NCBI GenBank assembly: GCA_051208035.1
Contig: JBPJFZ010000011.1
Span: forward strand, 27,895 to 59,894
Source: Oleiphilaceae bacterium J1-3
Lineage (GTDB): Bacteria > Pseudomonadota > Gammaproteobacteria > Pseudomonadales > Oleiphilaceae
Length of the DNA stretch: 32,000 nt
Direction: 5' to 3'
Position 1 is the first letter of the stretch. Each line of letters begins with the position of its first letter. The position numbers were made by a program, and so were the translations under genes. Below, one piece after another: positions 10,020-17,573 of the stretch. The notes below the pieces were generated by a model that ran no database searches, was not told where the DNA came from, and saw nothing but the letters and a program-made list of their open reading frames with translations.

Positions 10020-10123
10020 AAAGGTCTTCCATGGTTTTTTGGAACGCGCTGTAAACCCATCCCTGGGCGCTCAACTGCCGCATCCCTGCGGCAGATGGTT
10101 CCAAAAAACCATGGAAGCCCTTT
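10020..10123. repeat. 104-bp nested palindromic (REP/MITE-like) element
   Basis: Perfect 20-bp inverted arms CTTCCATGGTTTTTTGGAAC (10026-10045) and GTTCCAAAAAACCATGGAAG (10098-10117), extendable to 10020/10123 with one mismatch. There is an inner 8-bp-stem hairpin CTGCCGCA-tccc-TGCGGCAG (10075-10094). CATCCCTG occurs twice (10058, 10081). Confidence 0.85.
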
Positions 10124-10258
10124 TTACATAATGTTCTACTATCGACACGCCTTAAAAACTAACATTGACAACAAAATAACATCGTAAGCGACAAACTCTG
10201 TCGCCATAGTTGCGTTTTTAATAATATTTCCCAGTTTTTTAACGTTGGATATTCTCAT

Positions 10259-12796
10259 TTGAATCAAGCAGCAGCAGGTAACACCATCGAAGTACCGGGA
10301 GTCATCCTTACCCGGCAAATGCAAGATACAGCTGATGGTCTTACGTACATTTTTTGGATCGCCACCGCCGATGGCCCCATTAAGGCTCAGCAAACCCAAC
10401 AGGAGGCCGTGTTCTTTGTAGAGAACATCGCCTTACCCAAAGTTCGAAATTTGCTATCAGCAGGCAAGTACCGCGAAAAGGCGCTGCCGTTAAAGTCCTT
10501 TAATCAACAAGCGGTTAGCGCATTGTATTTTCGTGATTATCGGGATCTTCGCCAAGCCGCTTCGTTATTACAGAAACACCAAATAGAACCACTTGAATAT
10601 GATGTTCGCCCCGTAGATCGCTATTTAATGGAGCGCTTTATCACAGGCTCGGTGCTCCTGGATCTGCCAACAGACTTGCAGAAAGAAGCGCAAAATATTC
10701 GCATGCGAACCACTCGACGAAAAAAAACCAGTGACGCTGACGATAGGTTAATGCCTTCATTGAAGGTGGTGTCTTTTGATATTGAAACCTCAATGGTAGG
10801 TGATCATCTCTATGCCATCGCCGTGCATTGTACGCAGCATGATGGTCTCGGCAGGTCGGGCGCAATGGATTCTGCACGGCAATATGATGCAAAAAGCCAG
10901 GTTTTTATGTTGGGGCAGGGTGAAAAAATCAGTGACGTGCCTTTATTGTATTGTCCAACAGAACGCAGTCTTATCACCCAGTTTCTTGATTGGGTGCAAG
11001 CGGAAGACCCGGATATTTTAATAGGCTGGAACTGTATTAATTTTGACTTACGGTTTCTGGAGCGTAAATGTCAGAGCTTGGGCATGCCATTTACGATTGG
11101 ACGAGGCAGTGCTGTTGCCCAGTGGCGTTCAAGCGCCAACAATAATCAGCACTTTGTATTGGTTCCGGGGCGTGCGGTACTTGACGGCATCGACACGCTT
11201 AAAACAGCAACCTATCAATTAGAGAGTTTTTCTTTAGAAAACGTTGCGCAAGCATTGCTCAAGCGCGGCAAGTTGATACACGACCCTCATGACCGTGGAC
11301 AAGAAATCACCCGCCTGTTCAATGAGGACAAACCCAGCCTTGCGCGGTATAACCTGGAAGACTGTGTGTTGGTATGGGATATTTTCAAAAAAACGGAGCT
11401 AATTCAATTCGCCTTGCAGCGATCAACAGTAACCGGATTACCTCTCGATAAGATTGGTGGCTCGGTACTCGCCTTTGAAAATCTATATTTACCGCGGTTG
11501 CACCGGCAAGGTTATGTCGCGCCTAACCTGCCGCAAAACCCACAAGGCGTTGGTAGCCCCGGTGGCTATGTCATGGATAGTCTGCCGGGGCTTTATGATA
11601 GCGTTTTGGTGTTTGATTTTAAGAGCCTGTACCCCAGTATTATCCGCACATTTCATGTAGATCCTTATGCTCTCGCAGAGGGTGACGCGTACAAAACCAA
11701 GAAAAAAAACACCCCGACAACGGGTGTTGAACAAGCTAGTTTTCAACAGGGAAGTGAAGACTACATAGACGGTTTTCGCGGGGCGACATTTCGCATCTCA
11801 TGCAGCATTTTGCCTGATTTGATTGAAGAAATCTGGCAGGCCCGTGACATCGCAAAAAATCAAAATAATGCCCCCCTGTCGCAAGCACTCAAAATTATTA
11901 TGAACTCGTTCTATGGCGTGATGGGTACACCGGGCTGCCGCTTTTTTGATGCCCGCTTACCCAGCTCGATCACACTGCGTGGTCATGAAATTCTTATGCA
12001 AACCCGTCGTTTGCTGGAAGCAGAAGGGTACAGCGTGATTTACGGCGATACCGACTCTATCTTTGTGCTGGCTAAACGCCCTTTGCTACCCCACGAGGCC
12101 GATGTAACAGGCGCAAAATTAGCACACAAGCTAAACAGCTGGTGGCAAGATCATATTCTGCAAACCTATGGCGTTACCAGTGCATTAGAACTTGAGTACG
12201 AGACACACTATAGCCGCTTTGTGATGCCGAGAATCAGGGGTTCGATGGAAGGCACTAAAAAACGTTATGCCGGACTGGTGTGCAAACCAGGCTTCGATAT
12301 CGAGAACCCACAGGAAGATAGCTATGAACTGGTATTTAAAGGGTTAGAGACTGTACGCACCGATTGGACGCAGGCCGCGCGCTCATTTCAGAAGCAATTG
12401 TATCGATTGGTGTTTCTTAACCAGCCCTGGAAAGATTTTGTCACCCAAACTATTACCGCGTTGCGCGCAGGGGAGTTAGACAATTCGTTGGTTTTTCGCA
12501 AACGGCTAAGGCGAAAGCTGATGGACTATCAAAAGAACATTCCACCCCATGCGCAAGCAGCTTTCAAGGCAGACCAGTGGCTGCGGCAGCAGGGACTGCC
12601 AGAACAGTATCAACAGGGAGGGTGGATCGAATACTGTTACACCGTCAATGGTCCCGAGCCTTTAGAGCGTCTGGTATCGCCATTAGACTATGAAACATAT
12701 ATAGAAAAACAGATCGCCCCGATTGTTGATGGTATCGCCTGCTTTCTTGAAGAAAACGGTACAGATTTAACGTCCAATCAACTGTCATTACTCTAA
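10259..12796 (+). CDS. polB: DNA polymerase II (family B polymerase)
   Basis: 845 aa. The N-terminus GVILTRQMQDTADGLTYIFWIATADGP parallels E. coli PolB GFILTRHWRDT...FWLATDNGP. Motifs present are exonuclease FDIET, polymerase SLYPSII and YGDTDS. The only in-frame start upstream of the conserved N-terminus is TTG at 10259. Confidence 0.93.
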   Translation: MNQAAAGNTIEVPGVILTRQMQDTADGLTYIFWIATADGPIKAQQTQQEAVFFVENIALPKVRNLLSAGKYREKALPLKSFNQQAVSALYFRDYRDLRQAASLLQKHQIEPLEYDVRPVDRYLMERFITGSVLLDLPTDLQKEAQNIRMRTTRRKKTSDADDRLMPSLKVVSFDIETSMVGDHLYAIAVHCTQHDGLGRSGAMDSARQYDAKSQVFMLGQGEKISDVPLLYCPTERSLITQFLDWVQAEDPDILIGWNCINFDLRFLERKCQSLGMPFTIGRGSAVAQWRSSANNNQHFVLVPGRAVLDGIDTLKTATYQLESFSLENVAQALLKRGKLIHDPHDRGQEITRLFNEDKPSLARYNLEDCVLVWDIFKKTELIQFALQRSTVTGLPLDKIGGSVLAFENLYLPRLHRQGYVAPNLPQNPQGVGSPGGYVMDSLPGLYDSVLVFDFKSLYPSIIRTFHVDPYALAEGDAYKTKKKNTPTTGVEQASFQQGSEDYIDGFRGATFRISCSILPDLIEEIWQARDIAKNQNNAPLSQALKIIMNSFYGVMGTPGCRFFDARLPSSITLRGHEILMQTRRLLEAEGYSVIYGDTDSIFVLAKRPLLPHEADVTGAKLAHKLNSWWQDHILQTYGVTSALELEYETHYSRFVMPRIRGSMEGTKKRYAGLVCKPGFDIENPQEDSYELVFKGLETVRTDWTQAARSFQKQLYRLVFLNQPWKDFVTQTITALRAGELDNSLVFRKRLRRKLMDYQKNIPPHAQAAFKADQWLRQQGLPEQYQQGGWIEYCYTVNGPEPLERLVSPLDYETYIEKQIAPIVDGIACFLEENGTDLTSNQLSLL

Positions 12797-12888
12797 CTAG
12801 CAACAGCACAGGCTTTATTGTGCCGCCAGCGACAGGTAAAGCAGGCATGACCATTGCTTTTTCCAGTATTGGTCTACACTGAAAATAA

Positions 12889-12911
12889 GTGACACAGTCA
12901 TTGGGTGTCAC
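12889..12911. promoter_or_regulatory. Inverted repeat GTGACAC-N9-GTGTCAC upstream of the ParA-like gene (possible operator)
   Basis: 7-bp perfect arms at 12889-12895 and 12905-12911, about 60-90 bp upstream of the candidate starts. Function is not established. Confidence 0.3.
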
Positions 12912-12981
12912 CATTGAATGTAATCTAAGGCAGGCTACGGTCACCTTGGATCAATAGCCTATTTACTAAGTGCAATGGCCT

Positions 12982-13599
12982 ATGACTCCTCCAAAAACGG
13001 TTATCGTTGCAAACCCTAAGGGTGGATGCGGAAAATCGACAATCGCTATCAACATCGCCTGTGGCTATGCCTCGATGGGCAGGGACGTGGTTTTGATCGA
13101 TCACGATGTACAACAGTCGTCGTTCGATTGGGTAAAAGCCAGACCAAAAAAGTGTGCACCTATTAAGGTGTTGAAGCCTTCGGCAGAGATACCCATAGAT
13201 CATTGCGCCATTCATGACATGCCAGCGGCTGTTAAAGTAGGTGATATTACCGCCCTTATGCAAGGCAACTATCGGCTCGTAATCCCAATATTACCTTCGC
13301 CAACAGACATTAAAGCCGGTGCGCGATTTTTAATGAGCCTGGAGAAATCCGGCCATCACATTAATAAAGATCTGATAACACTCATCGCCAATCGAGTAAA
13401 TGCGCGCGCATCTTATTACCGGGTGTTGCAGGCATTTTTAAAAAATGCAGGTTACCCGCTTGCGGCAACGATTCGTGATACGCAAAACTACGTGCGTTCG
13501 GCCGATGCAGGATTGTCGATATTTGATTTACCGGCAAGCCGAGTGGGTACAGATCTCACCCAGTTTGGTGAATTGATGAAATGGCTGGAGCGGTTTTAA
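12982..13599 (+). CDS. ParA/MinD-family P-loop ATPase (orphan ParA-like)
   Basis: Deviant Walker A NPKGGCGKST, then VVLIDHD and the LIANRV region. About 205 aa is a typical small ParA size. The ORF track starts at GTG 12970. I prefer ATG 12982 (MTPPKTVIVANPKGG), but the start is uncertain. Confidence 0.85.
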   Translation: MTPPKTVIVANPKGGCGKSTIAINIACGYASMGRDVVLIDHDVQQSSFDWVKARPKKCAPIKVLKPSAEIPIDHCAIHDMPAAVKVGDITALMQGNYRLVIPILPSPTDIKAGARFLMSLEKSGHHINKDLITLIANRVNARASYYRVLQAFLKNAGYPLAATIRDTQNYVRSADAGLSIFDLPASRVGTDLTQFGELMKWLERF

Positions 13600-13668
13600 A
13601 AGAAAAAGACAGATGATAAAGGGCAGGAAGATAAGATTGGCGGAATGCTTTATTTTAGAAATTGAAAA

Positions 13669-13711
13669 ACGTAACCCAAGGATAAGCCCTGGGTTACGTT
13701 AGCAGGCCTTG
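13669..13711 (-). terminator. Rho-independent terminator for the minus-strand PEP-CTERM gene
   Basis: ACGTAACCCA (13669-13678) pairs with TGGGTTACGT (13690-13699). On the minus strand the hairpin is followed by TTTTCAATTTCT. It lies just downstream of the stop at 13716. Confidence 0.65.
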
Positions 13712-13715
13712 ATTA

Positions 13716-14375
13716 CTAGTTTGCTTTTTTCCGGCGGAAAAGACTCATCCCCAAAAAACCAATACTCAAAAGAAATGCTACTGATGGTTCGGGCACATCA
13801 GATGAAGTTGGTACCGAGTCATCGGTAAGGTAGAAAGCACGCTCGATATTATCGATAGTCCAATTGTTAAAAGTACCCCCCATGCTTTCAGACTGCTCAC
13901 CCGGTGACCCAACCTGGGCAATCCAAAACAGACCATCGCGACCATAATCACGAGATAAGTGAATACCGAGCCAGTAATCCGTATCGGGGGTCGCAGCAAA
14001 ACGGCTTTCAAAATCAAACTCAAACAACCAGGCGTTGCCAGAACAGCACCACTCAATGCCGGTATCAGATGTCGTTACATTCACACCATTGCCACTGGTA
14101 ATCAGTGCGGCAGGTTTTGGTCCGGCATCCGGAAATAAAAAATACTCTAATGTGCCATCCTAGGCAGACAGGTTGCCCCTGGTGGCACCAATGTATACAC
14201 CGGAGCCTTTCACTAAGCCACCATCTGCAATATTAAAATTGTCCGCTTGCACCCATCGCGTGGTTTCGTTTCCGGGGTCACCTATAGATACACCACCATT
14301 ATCATAAATAATCCCGGCGTTAGACGATGCTGAAAACATGCAAAGAAGGGAAAAAGTAAGCGTTTTTATTTTCAT
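13716..14375 (-). pseudogene. PEP-CTERM sorting-domain protein, interrupted by one in-frame TAG (14160-14162)
   Basis: ORFs 14160-14375 and 13716-14084 share a frame (offset 444 nt). The 75 nt between them is open (DGTLEYFLFPDAGPKPAALITSGNG). The N-terminal piece carries a Sec signal (MKIKTLTFSLLCMFSASSNA). The C-terminal piece ends in VPEPSVAFLLSIGFLGMSLFRRKKAN, which is PEP, a TM helix and a basic tail. Confidence 0.7.
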
Positions 14376-14579
14376 CTTTAATCACATCCATGAGTTTAAT
14401 AGTAGAACCGTTTATTTCGGGGATGCAGAGCAATATATGTACCAGAAAAATTTTAGCTGCCATATCAGAAAGATAGAATCTGTTTGAAAAATAATCAAAC
14501 AAAGCATGTAAATAAATCTGACACCACTGATAATTATTTTTCTGTCTTGTCGAGGTTGATATTGACGGGGAAACGGATA

Positions 14580-14591
14580 ATTGTCGACAAT
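14580..14591. promoter_or_regulatory. Perfect 12-bp palindrome ATTGTCGACAAT, candidate GntR-family operator
   Basis: Read directly from the sequence. It fits the generic GntR/FadR-type operator form (GT-Nx-AC core in a palindrome). A near copy lies at 14653-14664. Confidence 0.45.
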
Positions 14592-14614
14592 AAACATTAT
14601 TAACGGCATTAATG

Positions 14615-14643
14615 TTGCGATAAATGCCATTATGGCCTATATT
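14615..14643 (+). promoter_or_regulatory. Candidate sigma70 promoter of the GntR-prp operon
   Basis: TTGCGA (14615-14620), a 17-nt spacer, then TATATT (14638-14643), about 50 bp upstream of the GntR ATG. By-eye match only. Confidence 0.4.
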
Positions 14644-14652
14644 CACCTCGTA

Positions 14653-14664
14653 ATTGTCAACAAA
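14653..14664. promoter_or_regulatory. Second operator-like half-palindrome ATTGTCAACAAA
   Basis: 10/12 identical to the palindrome at 14580. The shared context is TAATTGTC[G/A]ACAA. It sits just downstream of the putative -10 element. Confidence 0.4.
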
Positions 14665-14692
14665 TAGCTTTTTGTGATCGAGTTTTTGCATT

Positions 14693-15400
14693 ATGAACGA
14701 ATCAGCAGACGCATCCGCCGATATTAAATCAGCCAATAAGCAACAAACGCTTTCGGATCAGGTATTCGACAGATTGCAGACTGATATCGTCAAAGGCGTT
14801 CTTCACCCTGGACAAAAATGTAGTGAAGCGGAACTAGCCACCAGCTATGGCGTAGGGCGTGGGCCACTTCGAGAGGCCATTATGCGCTTAGAAGGGCGCG
14901 GGCTGATTGTAAAGCGTCCCCACTCTGGCATTTCTGTGGTGTCATTAGGGTATCAGGAACTAATCGATATTTATTATGTTCGTGAGGCATTAGAAGGCAT
15001 GGCCTGCAGGCTTGCCGCCGAAAACATGTCAACCGTGCAGATAGACGAGCTGAAAGCATTGTTAGAACAACACAAACAGATGGTGTCGGAAGAAGAATGG
15101 CGTTCTTATTATCAAAAAGAAGGCGACTTTGATTTTCACTACCGCATTGTAAAAGGCAGTGGCAATCAAAAACTTTACCAATCTTTGTGCGGTGAGCTGT
15201 ATCACCTGGTGCGGATGTATCGTTATCGACTCAGCATGACAAGCGGCCGCCCGGCACAAGCTTTAAAAGAACACGCCAATATTGTTGATGCCATCGCTGC
15301 ACGGGATGGCGAGTTGGCAGAAATGTTAATGCGTCGGCATATCAGTGCCGCGCGTAAGAATATACAAATTCGCTACGATCAGGGCCTGGTCGTACTTTAG
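14693..15400 (+). CDS. GntR-family transcriptional regulator (FadR/FCD subfamily), likely regulator of the prp operon
   Basis: 235 aa. The N-terminal winged-HTH pattern is LSDQVFDRLQTDIVKGVLHPGQKCSEAELATSYGVGRGPLREAIMRLEGRGLI. The C-terminus is an all-helical FCD-like domain. It lies 18 bp upstream of prpB. Confidence 0.9.
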   Translation: MNESADASADIKSANKQQTLSDQVFDRLQTDIVKGVLHPGQKCSEAELATSYGVGRGPLREAIMRLEGRGLIVKRPHSGISVVSLGYQELIDIYYVREALEGMACRLAAENMSTVQIDELKALLEQHKQMVSEEEWRSYYQKEGDFDFHYRIVKGSGNQKLYQSLCGELYHLVRMYRYRLSMTSGRPAQALKEHANIVDAIAARDGELAEMLMRRHISAARKNIQIRYDQGLVVL

Positions 15401-15418
15401 TGACAGAGAGAGGGCATT

Positions 15419-16297
15419 ATGAGCAACGGCAAAAAGTTTCGATTAGCAATAGAACAAAACAAACCTCTACAGGTTGTGGGCGCCGTAAATGCCTACTGCG
15501 CGATGATGGCAGAACGTGTGGGACACCAGGCCATTTATCTTTCCGGAGCCGGCGTTGCGAACGCGTCTTTTGGTCTTCCAGACCTGGGTATGACATCAAT
15601 GAATGACGTGCTCGAAGACGTGCGCCGCATTACTTCTGCGTCATCATTACCGCTACTGGTTGATATCGACACTGGCTGGGGTGGTGCTTTTAATATTGGC
15701 CGGACCATCAAAGAAATGATCAAGGCCGGCGCAGCAGCGGTGCATATCGAAGACCAGGTGGCACAAAAGCGTTGCGGGCACCGTCCTAACAAAGAAATAG
15801 TATCGTTAGAAGAAATGACAGACCGCGTAAAAGCCGCTGTCGATGCCAGAACCGATAAAGATTTTTTTATCATGGCAAGAACGGACGCTTTTGCGCAACA
15901 AGGTCTTGAAGCGGCGATTGAAAGAGCGCAAGCCTGTGTAGAGGCCGGTGCAGACGGAATTTTTGCAGAAGCGGTAACGCAGCTTGACCATTACCAGGCG
16001 TTCACCAAGGCTTTGGATGTGCCCGTTCTGGCAAATATTACCGAGTTTGGCCAAACACCTTTGTACAACAAAGCAGAGTTAGCAGAAGTTGGGGTAGCGC
16101 TGGTGCTGTATCCGCTTAGTGCATTCAGAGCGATGAATAAAGCCGCCTTGTCGGTATACGAGAGAATCCATGCCAAAGGTGATCAGAAAGATGTCGTCGA
16201 CTTAATGCAAACGCGCATGGAACTCTATGATTTTCTTAACTATCATGACTTTGAGAACAAGCTGGATAATCTGTTCGCACAGGGTAAAAACAAGTAA
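15419..16297 (+). CDS. prpB: 2-methylisocitrate lyase
   Basis: 292 aa with the motifs [28 protein letters not shown] and [17 protein letters not shown], typical of the PrpB/isocitrate lyase superfamily. Confidence 0.95.
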   Translation: MSNGKKFRLAIEQNKPLQVVGAVNAYCAMMAERVGHQAIYLSGAGVANASFGLPDLGMTSMNDVLEDVRRITSASSLPLLVDIDTGWGGAFNIGRTIKEMIKAGAAAVHIEDQVAQKRCGHRPNKEIVSLEEMTDRVKAAVDARTDKDFFIMARTDAFAQQGLEAAIERAQACVEAGADGIFAEAVTQLDHYQAFTKALDVPVLANITEFGQTPLYNKAELAEVGVALVLYPLSAFRAMNKAALSVYERIHAKGDQKDVVDLMQTRMELYDFLNYHDFENKLDNLFAQGKNK

Positions 16298-16357
16298 CTA
16301 AGCGCTTTCGGCCTTTGCTATGAGAGGCTTCTTAGAGAATTAATCGGAGTATTAACT

Positions 16358-17482
16358 ATGGTCGATAAAAAACTGAGTGGCGCGGGATTACGTGGCCAAA
16401 TTGCAGGCGAAACAGCACTATGTACGGTAGGAAAAACAGGAACAGGATTAACCTATCGCGGTTATGATATTTCAGAACTGGCCGAACACGCAGAGTTCGA
16501 AGAAGTCGCCCACTTACTATTGCGGGGCAAGTTACCTACAAAAGCTGAACTGTCGGCTTATAAGACGAAATTAAAGGGGTTAAGGGCGCTGCCTCAGGCA
16601 TTAAAAGAAGTGCTCGAGCGCATACCCGCTGATGCTCACCCGATGGATGTGATGCGCACCGGCGTATCAATGCTGGGCAACCTAGAAACGGAACATAGTT
16701 TTGCAGAACAAGACGATCAGATAGATAGAATGCTGGCCCTGTTGCCTTCTATTCTTTGTTACTGGTATCGATTTAGTCACGATTGCGTGCGTGTAGAAAC
16801 CGCAACAGATGATGATTCAATTGGCGCACATTTTTTAACCATGCTGCATGGCAAGAAACCATCAGCGCTGCATGAGCGGGTTATGCATGTCTCTCTGATC
16901 CTGTATGCAGAGCACGAATTTAACGCCTCTACATTTACTGCCCGCGTATGTGCCTCCACACTGACTGACATACACTCTTGCGTTACGGCCGCGATCGGTA
17001 CGCTACGTGGGCCTTTACACGGCGGTGCCAATGAAGCGGCAATGGAGCTGATTCAAAAGTTTTCTTCCGCAGACGAAGCAGAAAAAGGCTTGCTCGAAAT
17101 GCTTGCACGTAAAGACAAAATTATGGGCTTTGGCCACGCTATTTACCGCGAGTCTGATCCCCGTAACGTAGTGATTAAAAAGTGGGCTGAAAAACTAGCC
17201 GCCGAAGCAGGTGACAAAACACTTTATCCGGTTTCAGTGCGTTGTGAAGAAGTGATGTGGCGAGAGAAGAAACTGTTCTGTAATGCGGACTTTTTTCACG
17301 CATCGACATATCACTTTATGGGCATTCCAACGAAACTGTTTACGCCCATTTTCGTGATGTCCCGTGTAACCGGCTGGACGGCACATGTGAAAGAGCAACG
17401 TGCGAATAACCGTATTATTCGTCCAAGCGCCGATTATACAGGGCCAGATCATCAAGACTGGCTGCCGATAGACAAACGTTAA
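16358..17482 (+). CDS. prpC: 2-methylcitrate synthase
   Basis: 374 aa. Citrate-synthase family motifs GLTYRGYDI, LYAEHEFNASTF, GPLHGGANE and GFGHAIYR. Sits between prpB and acnD. Confidence 0.95.
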   Translation: MVDKKLSGAGLRGQIAGETALCTVGKTGTGLTYRGYDISELAEHAEFEEVAHLLLRGKLPTKAELSAYKTKLKGLRALPQALKEVLERIPADAHPMDVMRTGVSMLGNLETEHSFAEQDDQIDRMLALLPSILCYWYRFSHDCVRVETATDDDSIGAHFLTMLHGKKPSALHERVMHVSLILYAEHEFNASTFTARVCASTLTDIHSCVTAAIGTLRGPLHGGANEAAMELIQKFSSADEAEKGLLEMLARKDKIMGFGHAIYRESDPRNVVIKKWAEKLAAEAGDKTLYPVSVRCEEVMWREKKLFCNADFFHASTYHFMGIPTKLFTPIFVMSRVTGWTAHVKEQRANNRIIRPSADYTGPDHQDWLPIDKR

Positions 17483-17499
17483 GTTAGCCGTAGAAAAAA

Positions 17500-17523
17500 G
17501 GGGGCACTGATAACATTGCCCCC
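17500..17523 (+). other. Intercistronic hairpin between prpC and acnD
   Basis: GGGGGCA (17500-17506) pairs with TGCCCCC (17517-17523) around a 10-nt loop. No U-tract follows, so it is not a classical terminator. Confidence 0.4.
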
Positions 17524-17573
17524 GCATTTCGACCTGCAAGATATAATTGACTACCTCGATGGAAAACGCCCCC

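Noticed and set aside
14320-14736. 138-aa minus-strand ORF spanning the AT-rich intergenic region
   Set aside because: It overlaps both the PEP-CTERM gene N-terminus and the GntR gene start. Its Asn/Ile/Tyr-rich composition is typical of translated AT-rich DNA, and no family is recognisable. The ORFs at 14412-14630 and 13778-14056 are rejected for the same reasons.
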